Assembly (NCBI GenBank): GCA_964248365.1
Contig: CAXTYC010000015.1
Coordinates: 58,290 to 122,289, forward strand
Reading direction: 5' to 3'
Source of the DNA: an uncultured Chroococcidiopsis sp.
Lineage (GTDB): Bacteria; Cyanobacteriota; Cyanobacteriia; Cyanobacteriales; Chroococcidiopsidaceae
Length of the DNA stretch: 64,000 nt
Below, piece after piece: positions 51,652-60,936 of the stretch. Below the pieces are notes generated by a model that had not been told where the DNA came from, made no database searches, and saw only the letters and a list, made by a program, of their open reading frames with translations. The position numbers were made by a program, and so were the translations under genes. The first letter of the stretch is position 1; each line of letters opens with the position of its first letter.

Positions 51652-51884
51652 ATTGAGTACCGTATCTCTATATTACGTTACCAACACATACCACTTACAG
51701 CGTTTTAATTTATAGTTGCAAAAGTTAAAGGGCTGAGCTTGTTTACTGACAAGGGTTTCCAATCTTTAAATCTAAAATCTAAAATCTAAAATGGTATTAC
51801 TCTAGTGGATTTCCAAAAGAAAAGAGAGATATAATTTTACGAATCATTTAGGATTGCTATGGAATAATGACTACTTGAGCCTAG

Positions 51885-52682
51885 CTAGCGCTTACCTGAT
51901 AATAACTGAATATCACTATATTCAAATTCTGCTGTATTAGTCAGTTGACCTTTTTCAAAATCGCGGATTTCCTCACGTGTTAGTAGGTAGTAATTACCAA
52001 TTTTTTTGTAAATATCTTCTGATTCCTCTACTCCCACAACTTCTTTAGTCTGGGGTTGGTGAAAAGTTGTTCGATAGCGAGTAGGCAAATAACCTTCCGG
52101 TGTTTTTTCAGAATCTAGTACGTCTACGGTAACAGCAGTATCTCCCAGCAGGCGATTGACTTGTATTAGCTGACCTTGTAATACTTTGTAATCAGCTTGT
52201 GTCTTGTCTCCCTGCTCAAAAATTTCTACAGCTCCATTCCTATCAGTAGCTCCAAGTCGGAAAGTACTATTCTTGTGTTCTTGCTCGAATGGCACTTGCC
52301 GACGGTGGACGGATATCATACGCAGTGAATTCTCGACAGCTTGACGTGCTTCTTCTTTATCAATACCACTTACTTCCACACTCATATCTGAATTCACTCG
52401 GACGCGACCTTTATAGTTTTCCTTACCTTGCTTAATTTATACAGCTGCTGTATAACCTGGGAACTGTGAACCCCAAGTATAGCGATTTTCATAAACCTGA
52501 CGAAAAAGTTCACGAGCTGAGATATTCGGAGTCAAAGAATTGTCAGTTTTTTCTGACAAAATCACACTATGAGTATGATTTAGTTTTTGAGCCTCTGTCT
52601 TTGCTTCAAAATTCAAACTGGCTAAAGCTACAACTACAAAAAGAACCCACCGCCTAATATGGCACTTTGTTTGTTGTTTCAT
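51885..52682 (-). pseudogene. DUF3386-like gene interrupted by an in-frame TAA
   Basis: ORFs 52437-52682 and 51885-52397 share one frame: ...YENRYTWGSQFPGYTAAV*IKQGKENYKGRVRVNSDM...; single stop at 52437-52439. Confidence 0.8.
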
Positions 52683-53003
52683 GAAAAATGACTAATTGCA
52701 CTAGAGAAATCAATAGTTTTTGTACGTTACCAAAATTGAGGGTTAATAAAGTTAGCACATAGACATTTTAATCTTTACTTGTGAAGGCTTACGCAGGTGA
52801 GGCAGGACACAGTGTTGCTTCTATTATTGCCGCCGGACAAATGGACTTCATAAGCGTAATGCAATAGTCGCCCCCTCCATCTGCGTTGGCTGATTACTCA
52901 AGAGCGGATGACAATCTGATATAATTGTGATTCCTTGCTGCTTGCGCGTGTAAGTCCTACACAAATCGCAGCCATTTTGTCCAAAAGGAGAATCTAACTA
53001 GCC

Positions 53004-53333
53004 ATGCAGACAGTTTACGAAACAATGTATATTTTGCGCTCCGATCTTGGAGACGAACAGATAGAGCAGGCGATCGCCAAGTATCAAAACCTAATCCAAG
53101 AACAGGGAGCCGAAAACATCGAAATTCAGCATCGCGGTAAGCGTCGTCTCGCCTATGAAATTAGTCGGCAGCGAGAAGGCGTTTATATTCAAATGAACTA
53201 TCAAGGACCTGGAAAAATGGTAGCACCATTAGAAAGAGCAATGCGATTGAGTGAAGAAGTGATTCGCTACTTGACAATTAAGCAAGAAGTTGCTGAAGAA
53301 TCTGGCGAGGCTGAGGACTCAGATCAGGAATAA
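53004..53333 (+). CDS. rpsF: 30S ribosomal protein S6
   Basis: [32 protein letters not shown]. Confidence 0.97.
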   Translation: MQTVYETMYILRSDLGDEQIEQAIAKYQNLIQEQGAENIEIQHRGKRRLAYEISRQREGVYIQMNYQGPGKMVAPLERAMRLSEEVIRYLTIKQEVAEESGEAEDSDQE

Positions 53334-53428
53334 AAACATTGTATGCCACCCATGCCCACCTATGACTGATATTCTGGAAAAATACTTTACGGCAAACTAA
53401 TCACACCAAAGAACATGGTATGTAAAGA

Positions 53429-53463
53429 TTTTACCCAGAGAATGAAAAATTCTCTGGGTAAAA
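53429..53463. terminator. 15-bp perfect hairpin, likely bidirectional terminator
   Basis: TTTTACCCAGAGAAT-GAAAA-ATTCTCTGGGTAAAA between convergent rpsF and STAS genes. Confidence 0.65.
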
Positions 53464-53777
53464 CTATTATCAACCGTTTCATGTTTGAGATTTAACTCGT
53501 TGTGCAACTATATCAACTAGGGATTGGTTTGCTCGGCGTTGCAGCCAGGACGGTTAGCTACCTACCTAGTATAGTGTGGGATTGAAGGAGCGAACATTTG
53601 TTTTGACTGATTCCCCTTAAGGGCGGTTCGGGCGATGCCGAAGGCAAGAGCCTCGCTCTACGCGCTTTTTGGGTGAACAACAGCCATATTATACACTCTT
53701 GATTGGTATTGTATCAACATACCCATTTTTGACCTGCTGATTATCCCACCCAAAACAAACTTGGCGACACCATTGCC

Positions 53778-54125
53778 CTAACCTACTAATACGGGAGCAT
53801 TAACTGTTGTTAGCACAGCATCATAACTTTCAAAAATTTCAAAAACTGAATCAAGTTGAGTCAGTTCAAAGATTAACCTTACAGCATCCTGCACATTGCA
53901 CAGTACCAAACGACAAGCACTCTTACGCGCTGCTTTCAATCCTGTCACCAAGCTAACTAAACCAGCACTATCCATGAAATCGACTTTAGCTAAGTCAATT
54001 ACCCAAAGATCCTGACGCTGCGGTACTATGCCAGCTAGCTGTTTTTCCAAAGTTTTACCCCCTTCCAAATCTAGCCGTCCTTGGGGTTGAAGTACGATTA
54101 GTTGACATTCTTGTGTATTCTTCAT
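53778..54125 (-). CDS. STAS-domain anti-sigma-factor antagonist
   Basis: GRLD, DLAKVDFMDSAGL, LIFELTQLD.VF; ATG 54125. Confidence 0.9.
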   Translation of the reverse strand: MKNTQECQLIVLQPQGRLDLEGGKTLEKQLAGIVPQRQDLWVIDLAKVDFMDSAGLVSLVTGLKAARKSACRLVLCNVQDAVRLIFELTQLDSVFEIFESYDAVLTTVNAPVLVG

Positions 54126-54806
54126 AGTTTTTCCCTCTGTGGTTGCAATATTGAACAAGGATGAAGGCAAGCTAGTTTCTATAGATATTTCGCTCTTAGA
54201 CTGCGACGAGTAAACTTAGCCCCTGAAGCTAAGTATTTCTAGTCATGCTAATGAGATAGTCAAAAAAAAGAGTTCATAAACTGCTTTCATAATAAACGCT
54301 AATTAAACATACAAGCTTCTAAACATACTACTTCTCTACCTAGCTACGGATTTTTCTCATAAATGAACCTTTTCTTTGGCATAAGCAAATCAAATCTCAA
54401 ATTTAAGCCTTTATGTTCGATCTATAACCAACAGTAGTTTCACGATAGTTTTGGTTGATTCTAGGAACTTTTACCTGGCTAAAATAGTAGCTAGAAAATT
54501 GTATTTTTAGATACAGATTTTTCTAGTTTTGTATGCTTCTTTTTCTCAGTAAAAACCCCTAAATTTTTGCTTTAACTGACTCAATCTAAACACGGGGATC
54601 TGAAAATTTTCAGTAGTTTCTGGGGTTTTTACTGAATCTTTATTACTATTCCAGCTTTTTATAAAGTTTTTGTGAAGTACAAGCTGCCCCTTTTAGGAAA
54701 AAGACAGATTAACCTTTGAAAACTGCCATAGTTTTTTGCATTGACACATTTTCCTGGCTCACGTCAAGATGGAAGAAAAGTAAAATTTTGTAAAGGCTAA
54801 GGCTGG

Positions 54807-55433
54807 ATGTCTCTTGAGTTTTTATCCTTAGACAAGATTCTAGAAATTGCCCATCAATACGGTTACTGGGCGGTTTTTCTGGGAATTTTGCTAGAAAATC
54901 TGGGCATTCCCCTCCCAGGTGAAACCGTCACCATAGTAGGAGGGTTTCTGGCTGGCAGTAAGGAATTAAATTACTGGCTTGTACTTGGTGATGCCATTGC
55001 TGGCGCTGTTCTAGGTGGTACGTGTGGCTATTGGATTGGTAGATATATAGGTTGGTCTTTTATGCTAAAGATCGGTCGCATCTTCCGAATTTCAGAAGAG
55101 CGATTGGTAGAAATGAGAGAGCAATTTAGTCAAAACGCTACCAAAGCAGTATTTTTTGGTAGATTTATTGCTTTATTGCGAATTTTTGCAGGTCCTCTGG
55201 CAGGAATTGCCCAAATGCCCTTCGGAAAGTTCTTTTTGTACAACCTAGCTGGGGCTGCTGTTTGGGCATCAGTAATGGTGACTTTGGCTTTCTTTGTGGG
55301 GCAGATTGTATCCCTAGAACAATTGGTGGCTTGGCTCGGTCAATTTGCCATTTTAGCCTTAATTGTGGTAATAGCTTTGATTTTCATCCCCCCCTGGTTA
55401 GAGTCTCGTAAACAGGGGCTAAGGACTAAATGA
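54807..55433 (+). CDS. DedA-family membrane protein
   Basis: LENLGIPLPGE, GYWIGR, FFGRFIALLR...AG..M. Confidence 0.92.
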   Translation: MSLEFLSLDKILEIAHQYGYWAVFLGILLENLGIPLPGETVTIVGGFLAGSKELNYWLVLGDAIAGAVLGGTCGYWIGRYIGWSFMLKIGRIFRISEERLVEMREQFSQNATKAVFFGRFIALLRIFAGPLAGIAQMPFGKFFLYNLAGAAVWASVMVTLAFFVGQIVSLEQLVAWLGQFAILALIVVIALIFIPPWLESRKQGLRTK

Positions 55434-55548
55434 GGGACTGGAGGGCTGGGGAGATGGGGAGATGGGGAGATGGGGAGATGGGGAGAAATCCCCCCATCCC
55501 CTCATCCTCTTCTAGCCTCTAGCCTCTGGTTCCTCTAGCCCCTAGCCC

Positions 55549-56751
55549 CTAACCTCTAGCTTGCTGCGACCAAATGCGGGTAGGTAGTCCCCAAACATAG
55601 ATAAAGCCTTCAGCTGCCTTATGGTCAAAAGAATCGTCTGCCCCGTAGGTGGCTAGATCTGGCGTGTAAAGCGATTTATCTGACTTACGTCCTACAATTG
55701 TGGCATTGCCTTTGAACAGTTTGACTCGCACGGTTCCAGAAACTCGCTGCTGAGTTTGCCCAATAAAAGCATCTAATGCCGCTTTTAGTGGACTGTACCA
55801 CAGCCCGTTGTAGACTAACTGGCTATAAGTTTCTTCGACACCACGTTTATAGTGGGTAACATCCGCTGTCAAAGTTAGACTCTCTAAGTCTCGGTGAGCT
55901 TGGATTAAAACTAGGAGTGCTGGGACTTCATAGATTTCCCGTGATTTAATTCCCACTAGGCGGTTTTCCAGCATATCAATGCGTCCAACGCCGTGATTTC
56001 CGACAAGTTGATTGAGTTTTTCTATCAGCTCGACTGGGTGAAGTGCTGCACCGTTCAGGCTGGTAGGAATGCCTTTCTCAAAGCCTATTTCTACATATTC
56101 TGGCTCGTCGGGAGTGTCGGCGATCGCCTTTGTCATTAAATAAATTTCTTCCAAGGGTTCCGTCCAAGGATCTTCGAGTGGTCCTGCCTCAATACTGCGA
56201 CCGAGCAAGTTACGATCAATACTGTAAGGCGATTTCTTTTTCACTGGCGAAGAAATACCAAAGCGTTCACCGTAGGCGATCGTTTCCTCACGGCTCATTC
56301 CCCACTCTCTGGCTGGAGCCAATACTTTTAAATTAGGATTGAGGGCGGCAATAGAGACATCAAAGCGCACTTGGTCATTGCCTTTACCTGTACAGCCATG
56401 AGCTACAGCATCAGCACCGTATTCCCCAGCTGCTTCTACCAACAGTTTGGCAATTAGCGGACGCGCTAGAGCAGTCGAAAGAGGATAACGGTTTTCGTAC
56501 ATAGTATTCGCTTGAATTGCACAGAAAGCATAATCTTTCACAAAGCTTTCTTTCGCATCCGCTACTAGGGATTGACTTGCACCAGATTGCAGCGCTTTTT
56601 GCCGAATTGGTTCTAGTTCATCTCCCTGACCTAAATCTGCTGCTAGCGTAATTACCTCTTGAACGCCCCACTCCTGTTTTAAGTAGGGAATGCAAACGGA
56701 GGTATCAACTCCTCCCGAATATGCCAGTATGACTTTGTTGGCGCGACCCAT
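55549..56751 (-). CDS. argG: Argininosuccinate synthase
   Basis: [39 protein letters not shown] 56751. Confidence 0.97.
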   Translation of the reverse strand: MGRANKVILAYSGGVDTSVCIPYLKQEWGVQEVITLAADLGQGDELEPIRQKALQSGASQSLVADAKESFVKDYAFCAIQANTMYENRYPLSTALARPLIAKLLVEAAGEYGADAVAHGCTGKGNDQVRFDVSIAALNPNLKVLAPAREWGMSREETIAYGERFGISSPVKKKSPYSIDRNLLGRSIEAGPLEDPWTEPLEEIYLMTKAIADTPDEPEYVEIGFEKGIPTSLNGAALHPVELIEKLNQLVGNHGVGRIDMLENRLVGIKSREIYEVPALLVLIQAHRDLESLTLTADVTHYKRGVEETYSQLVYNGLWYSPLKAALDAFIGQTQQRVSGTVRVKLFKGNATIVGRKSDKSLYTPDLATYGADDSFDHKAAEGFIYVWGLPTRIWSQQARG

Positions 56752-57033
56752 CGATTTAATTTGGCAACAATAACGAGTCAATATTATCTAACGAATTTAT
56801 CTCTATTCTTGTGATTACTTACACAGAATTATTTATCAGGGGCTAGGGACTAGGGGCTAGGGGCTAGAAAAAAGGGGAAAGGGAAAAGGGAAAAGGGAAA
56901 AGGAGACTCCAAGACTCCAAGACAGGAGAGAGAATATTTAATTCTTTCATCTCCCACTCTCCCACTCTCCCCTGATTCCCCCTCTCCTTGCTCCGAATAG
57001 GAGATACTAAAGAAGTGGTGCAGGGGAAAGGTA

Positions 57034-57972
57034 GTGTTTTTTAGTGTAGTCATTCCCACTTATAATCGTCTCCCGATTTTGGAAAAGTGTCTCAGAGCGC
57101 TGGAAAATCAGCATTTGGCTGACCAGAGCATGATTGAGGGTTACGAAGTTGTCTTGGTGGATGACGGTTCCTCTGATGGAACTTTGGCATGGCTAGAGGA
57201 AAATGCAGGCGAGTTTCCCCATGTGCGATCGCTCTCTCAAAATCACGCGGGACCTGCCGCTGCTCGTAATTTAGGGGTAGAAAAGGCAACTGGTGATTAT
57301 ATCATATTTATTGATAGCGATCTAGTTGTGACTGAGAACTTCTTGCAGGCACACGCTGATAGTTTGAGGCAAGGACAAGTAACATACGGTTGCGATCGCA
57401 TCTTTACCTATGGGCGAGTGATCAATACTTGCAATTTTGACAACCCAACAGCAGAACCACTAAAACTCACAGATTTTTCTGCTGCTTATTTTGCTACAGG
57501 CAATGTTGCGATCGCTCGTCACTGGCTAATTATAGCTGGGCTATTTGACACTCGCTTTCAACTATATGGCTGGGAAGATTTGGAATTGGGTGTACGCCTA
57601 AAACAGCTAGGCTTGAGACTGATTAAATGCCCTGCTGCTGTCGGCTATCACTGGCATCCACCTTTTGCTTTAGAACAAATTCCCCATCTAATTGACAAAG
57701 AAATTCAACGCGGTCGTATGGGTGTACTCTTCTACCAAAAGCATCCGATTTGGGAAGTGCGGATGATGATTCAAATGACGTGGCTACACCGCCTGCTCTG
57801 GGGTATCCTCTCTTTGGGCGGCGGGGCAAATGAGCGTACCCTAGCACCACTTATACAATGGCTGATAGACGGGGGTAAACCACAACTAGCAGAGCAAGTT
57901 GCTCGCATCTTCCTCAATTGGTACAACGTTCAGGGTGTTTATCAGGCTTATGCCCAAATGAAAGAGGGGTGA
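57034..57972 (+). CDS. GT2-family glycosyltransferase
   Basis: SVVIPTYNR, VDDGSSDGT, ARN.G, FIDSD, GWEDLELG. Confidence 0.9.
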   Translation: MFFSVVIPTYNRLPILEKCLRALENQHLADQSMIEGYEVVLVDDGSSDGTLAWLEENAGEFPHVRSLSQNHAGPAAARNLGVEKATGDYIIFIDSDLVVTENFLQAHADSLRQGQVTYGCDRIFTYGRVINTCNFDNPTAEPLKLTDFSAAYFATGNVAIARHWLIIAGLFDTRFQLYGWEDLELGVRLKQLGLRLIKCPAAVGYHWHPPFALEQIPHLIDKEIQRGRMGVLFYQKHPIWEVRMMIQMTWLHRLLWGILSLGGGANERTLAPLIQWLIDGGKPQLAEQVARIFLNWYNVQGVYQAYAQMKEG

Positions 57973-58087
57973 GGCAAAAGGGGAGAGGGGGAGAGTGGGA
58001 GAATCATTAATTTGTGAATTCTGAATTCTGTCTTCTGTCTCCTGTCTTCTGAAAAATTGTGCTATACTAGTAGAGTTGTCTAAATTC

Positions 58088-58220
58088 GCACATCCAGTAT
58101 TTTCGGGTGTTTCAGGGTAATAGCTAAGCTTATTGGCTTGAGCAATCAATTGTGTGTAGCGCGCCAGCTAATGGCTAACAGCTTCCTAGAAATACACCTG
58201 GATGGAGGATTAACCCGAAT
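58088..58220 (+). promoter_or_regulatory. rpsB leader (S2 autoregulatory RNA-like)
   Basis: TGCTATACT extended -10 at ~58060; CATCCAG...CTGGATG and CGGGT...ACCCG pairings; GCACA...GGGTG...GGAGG.TTAACCC layout like S2 leaders. Confidence 0.6.
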
Positions 58221-58237
58221 CAGGAGTTAGAAAATAT

Positions 58238-59032
58238 ATGCCAGTTGTTTCATTGGCTCAAATGATGGAGTCAGGCGTTCACTTTGGGCATCAAACCCGC
58301 AGGTGGAATCCTAAAATGGCTCCCTACATCTACACCGCTCGTAACGGAGTTCACATCATCGACTTGGTGCAGACAGCCCAGTTGATGGACAATGCCTACA
58401 ATTATGTCCGGCAAGCAGCAGAACAAGGAAAAAAATTCCTCTTTGTTGGTACTAAGCGGCAAGCAGCTGGGATTGTGGCACAGGAAGCGTCGCGTTGTGG
58501 CTCTCACTACGTTAACCAGCGCTGGCTGGGTGGGATGCTCACCAACTGGGCGACAATTAAGACGCGCGTAGAGCGCCTGAAGGAACTAGAACGCCGTGAA
58601 GAAAGCGGCGCACTTGATTTGTTGCCGAAAAAAGAAGCCTCAGTTCTACGCCGTGAGATGGCAAAACTCCAGAAGTACCTAGGCGGCATTAAATCACTGC
58701 GAAAAGTTCCCGATGTCGTGATAATTGTAGACCAGCGACGGGAGTATAACGCTGTTCAAGAATGCCAGAAACTGGGAGTTGAAATCGTATCAATGTTGGA
58801 TACGAATTGCGATCCAGATTTGGTTGATATTCCCATCCCAGCTAATGACGATGCTATCCGCTCAATCAAGCTTATTGTGGGTAAATTGGCTGATGCGATT
58901 TATGAAGGTCGTCACGGGCAGTTGGATGCAGAGGAAGATTACGAAGATTACGAGGGTGCTGAGGAAGACCTCGATTACGACGAAAGCGAATTCACAGATG
59001 TGGTAATTCCTGACGAAGAAGAGGAAGAATAA
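58238..59032 (+). CDS. rpsB: 30S ribosomal protein S2
   Basis: [33 protein letters not shown]. Confidence 0.98.
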   Translation: MPVVSLAQMMESGVHFGHQTRRWNPKMAPYIYTARNGVHIIDLVQTAQLMDNAYNYVRQAAEQGKKFLFVGTKRQAAGIVAQEASRCGSHYVNQRWLGGMLTNWATIKTRVERLKELERREESGALDLLPKKEASVLRREMAKLQKYLGGIKSLRKVPDVVIIVDQRREYNAVQECQKLGVEIVSMLDTNCDPDLVDIPIPANDDAIRSIKLIVGKLADAIYEGRHGQLDAEEDYEDYEGAEEDLDYDESEFTDVVIPDEEEEE

Positions 59033-59117
59033 TTCGTAATTCGTAATTCGTATTACCAGTACAGACGTAGCAGTGCTACGTCTCTTGTACCAATGACCAA
59101 ATAGGAATTAAGACAAG

Positions 59118-59744
59118 ATGGCGGAAATACCTGCAAAAGATGTCAAAGAGCTACGCGAAAGAACTGGCGCTGGCATGATGGATTGCAAAAAAGCACTCCA
59201 AGAAAACAGCGGTGATAAAGAAAAAGCGATTGAATGGCTACGGCAAAAAGGTCTTGCCTCTGCTGGAAAGAAAGCGGGACGTGTAGCAGCAGAAGGACTA
59301 GTAGACAGTTACATTCATACTGGCGGTCGCATCGGCGTACTGGTAGAAGTAAACTGTGAAACAGACTTTGTTGCTCGCAACGAAGCATTTGTACAACTAG
59401 TACGAAACGTAGCGATGCAAATTGCCGCTTGTCCTAACGTTGAGTACGTGAAGGTAAGCGATATTCCTGCCGAAATTGCCGAAAAGGAAAAGGCAATCGA
59501 GATGGGCAAAGACGACTTAGCAGGTAAGCCGGAGAACATCAAAGAAAAGATCGTCTCTGGGCGGATTGAAAAACGTCTCAAAGAGATGTCTTTGATGGAT
59601 CAGCCTTACATTAAAGATCAAAGTATGACGGTAGAGGAACTGGTGAAGCAGAGCGTAGCCCAATTGGGTGAGAATATCCAAATCCGTCGCTTTGTCCGCT
59701 ATGTGTTGGGTGAAGGCATAGAAAAACAACAAGAAGAAAGCTAA
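59118..59744 (+). CDS. tsf: Elongation factor Ts
   Basis: [29 protein letters not shown]. Confidence 0.97.
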   Translation: MAEIPAKDVKELRERTGAGMMDCKKALQENSGDKEKAIEWLRQKGLASAGKKAGRVAAEGLVDSYIHTGGRIGVLVEVNCETDFVARNEAFVQLVRNVAMQIAACPNVEYVKVSDIPAEIAEKEKAIEMGKDDLAGKPENIKEKIVSGRIEKRLKEMSLMDQPYIKDQSMTVEELVKQSVAQLGENIQIRRFVRYVLGEGIEKQQEES

Positions 59745-59776
59745 GCGTTAATAGCATTGAATTAATGCTAGATTTC

Positions 59777-59821
59777 AAAGACAGGTCATGGGGCGCGATC
59801 GCCTCCCCTGTCTTTTTTTTT
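59777..59821 (+). terminator. Intrinsic terminator after tsf
   Basis: AAAGACAGG...CCTGTCTTT followed by a T-run; HIP1 inside the stem-loop. Confidence 0.7.
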
Positions 59822-60057
59822 CAGCCGCTATCTTATACTATAGTAGTACATATATACTGATAAAACTCAGGATTTTAGGGAGATTGAATACCATTTGGTA
59901 GAATAGCTGCTAAAAACGGAATTGTGGAAAATTTCGCTCTTGAGGGGCGGGTTTTTGTAACTTATGTGTTTTGCCACAAATTTTTTTGTAAAGATCGCCC
60001 CTACCTATTGCAAAATCTGGGTATCTATAATCCACGCATCCAAAATGGTATGAGCCT

Positions 60058-60867
60058 ATGGCGAGAGCAATTGAACAAATTGAGCGGGATATTGCTGCAC
60101 TATCAGAAGCAGTAAAGGCGATCGCGGCAGAAGTTGCCAGCGTCTACACGGATTATCTAATAGCATTGGGGCAAGCCATACGAGCGCAGCTGATACTAGC
60201 AAGTTATCAAATATGTACTCAGGGATATCCCAAACAATTTTTGAGTTTGTCTGTCAGTCAAAGGCAACAATTGCAGCAAACTATCAACAAGTTGGGTAAA
60301 AGAGCAGCTGAACAATTAATTAGCCAACTCAAATTTAAAGCTGAGGGAGCTGAGGACGCTGAAGAAGCTGAGGAGGACAAGGCAAGGGGGACAATTTCAA
60401 ATTTCAATTTGGCTTGCTTTTCTAACCCGATAGAACTGGTGCAATGGCAACGCAACCTGGAAGAAGCGATCGCTCATACACTAAAAACTCTCTCCTTGGA
60501 AACTAATCGTTTGTTGCAGCAAGCCGGAATTTTACCTCAGAAATTACCTTCCCCGCTGTTAGAAGCTGCTACGACTGCACCAGAAACTGCACAGATCACA
60601 GCTTCTGCGCCAAACCTAATGAACTTGCTAATTGAAACTGAAAATTCTTCCGACTCGGAACAATCTAGTATGACGCAACTGATCGCCATCCAATTGCGGC
60701 TATCAGAAATTGAGTTTACTGATGCAAATGTGAGAGCTGCACGTAACCAAATTCGGCAAATGGAAACTAGGATAAATCAACTGGGGCAAGAGTATCAAAA
60801 AAAACAGCGAGAGCGAGTAATTGCAGAGGCAGAAGCCGCATGGCGCTCTAGTTGGTTTGAGGATTAG
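60058..60867 (+). CDS. Cyanobacterial hypothetical coiled-coil protein upstream of recG
   Basis: 269-aa ORF; LILASYQICTQGYP, LRLSEIEF.D, AEAEAAWRSSW. Confidence 0.8.
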   Translation: MARAIEQIERDIAALSEAVKAIAAEVASVYTDYLIALGQAIRAQLILASYQICTQGYPKQFLSLSVSQRQQLQQTINKLGKRAAEQLISQLKFKAEGAEDAEEAEEDKARGTISNFNLACFSNPIELVQWQRNLEEAIAHTLKTLSLETNRLLQQAGILPQKLPSPLLEAATTAPETAQITASAPNLMNLLIETENSSDSEQSSMTQLIAIQLRLSEIEFTDANVRAARNQIRQMETRINQLGQEYQKKQRERVIAEAEAAWRSSWFED

Positions 60868-60936
60868 CTATTTGTCCTTTGTCCTTTGTCCTTTGTCCAT
60901 TGCTAATAATCACCAGTAACGAATGACCAATGACCA

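Noticed and set aside
53591..53604. CGAACATTTGTTTT as an SOS box
   Set aside because: Lies between convergent gene ends and deviates from the cyanobacterial consensus.
56810..56825. TGTGA-N6-ACACA CRP/NtcA-like site upstream of argG
   Set aside because: Single imperfect match without supporting promoter spacing.
56850..57059. 69-aa minus-strand ORF
   Set aside because: Translation of (GGGAAAA)n and (GGGGCTA)n repeats.
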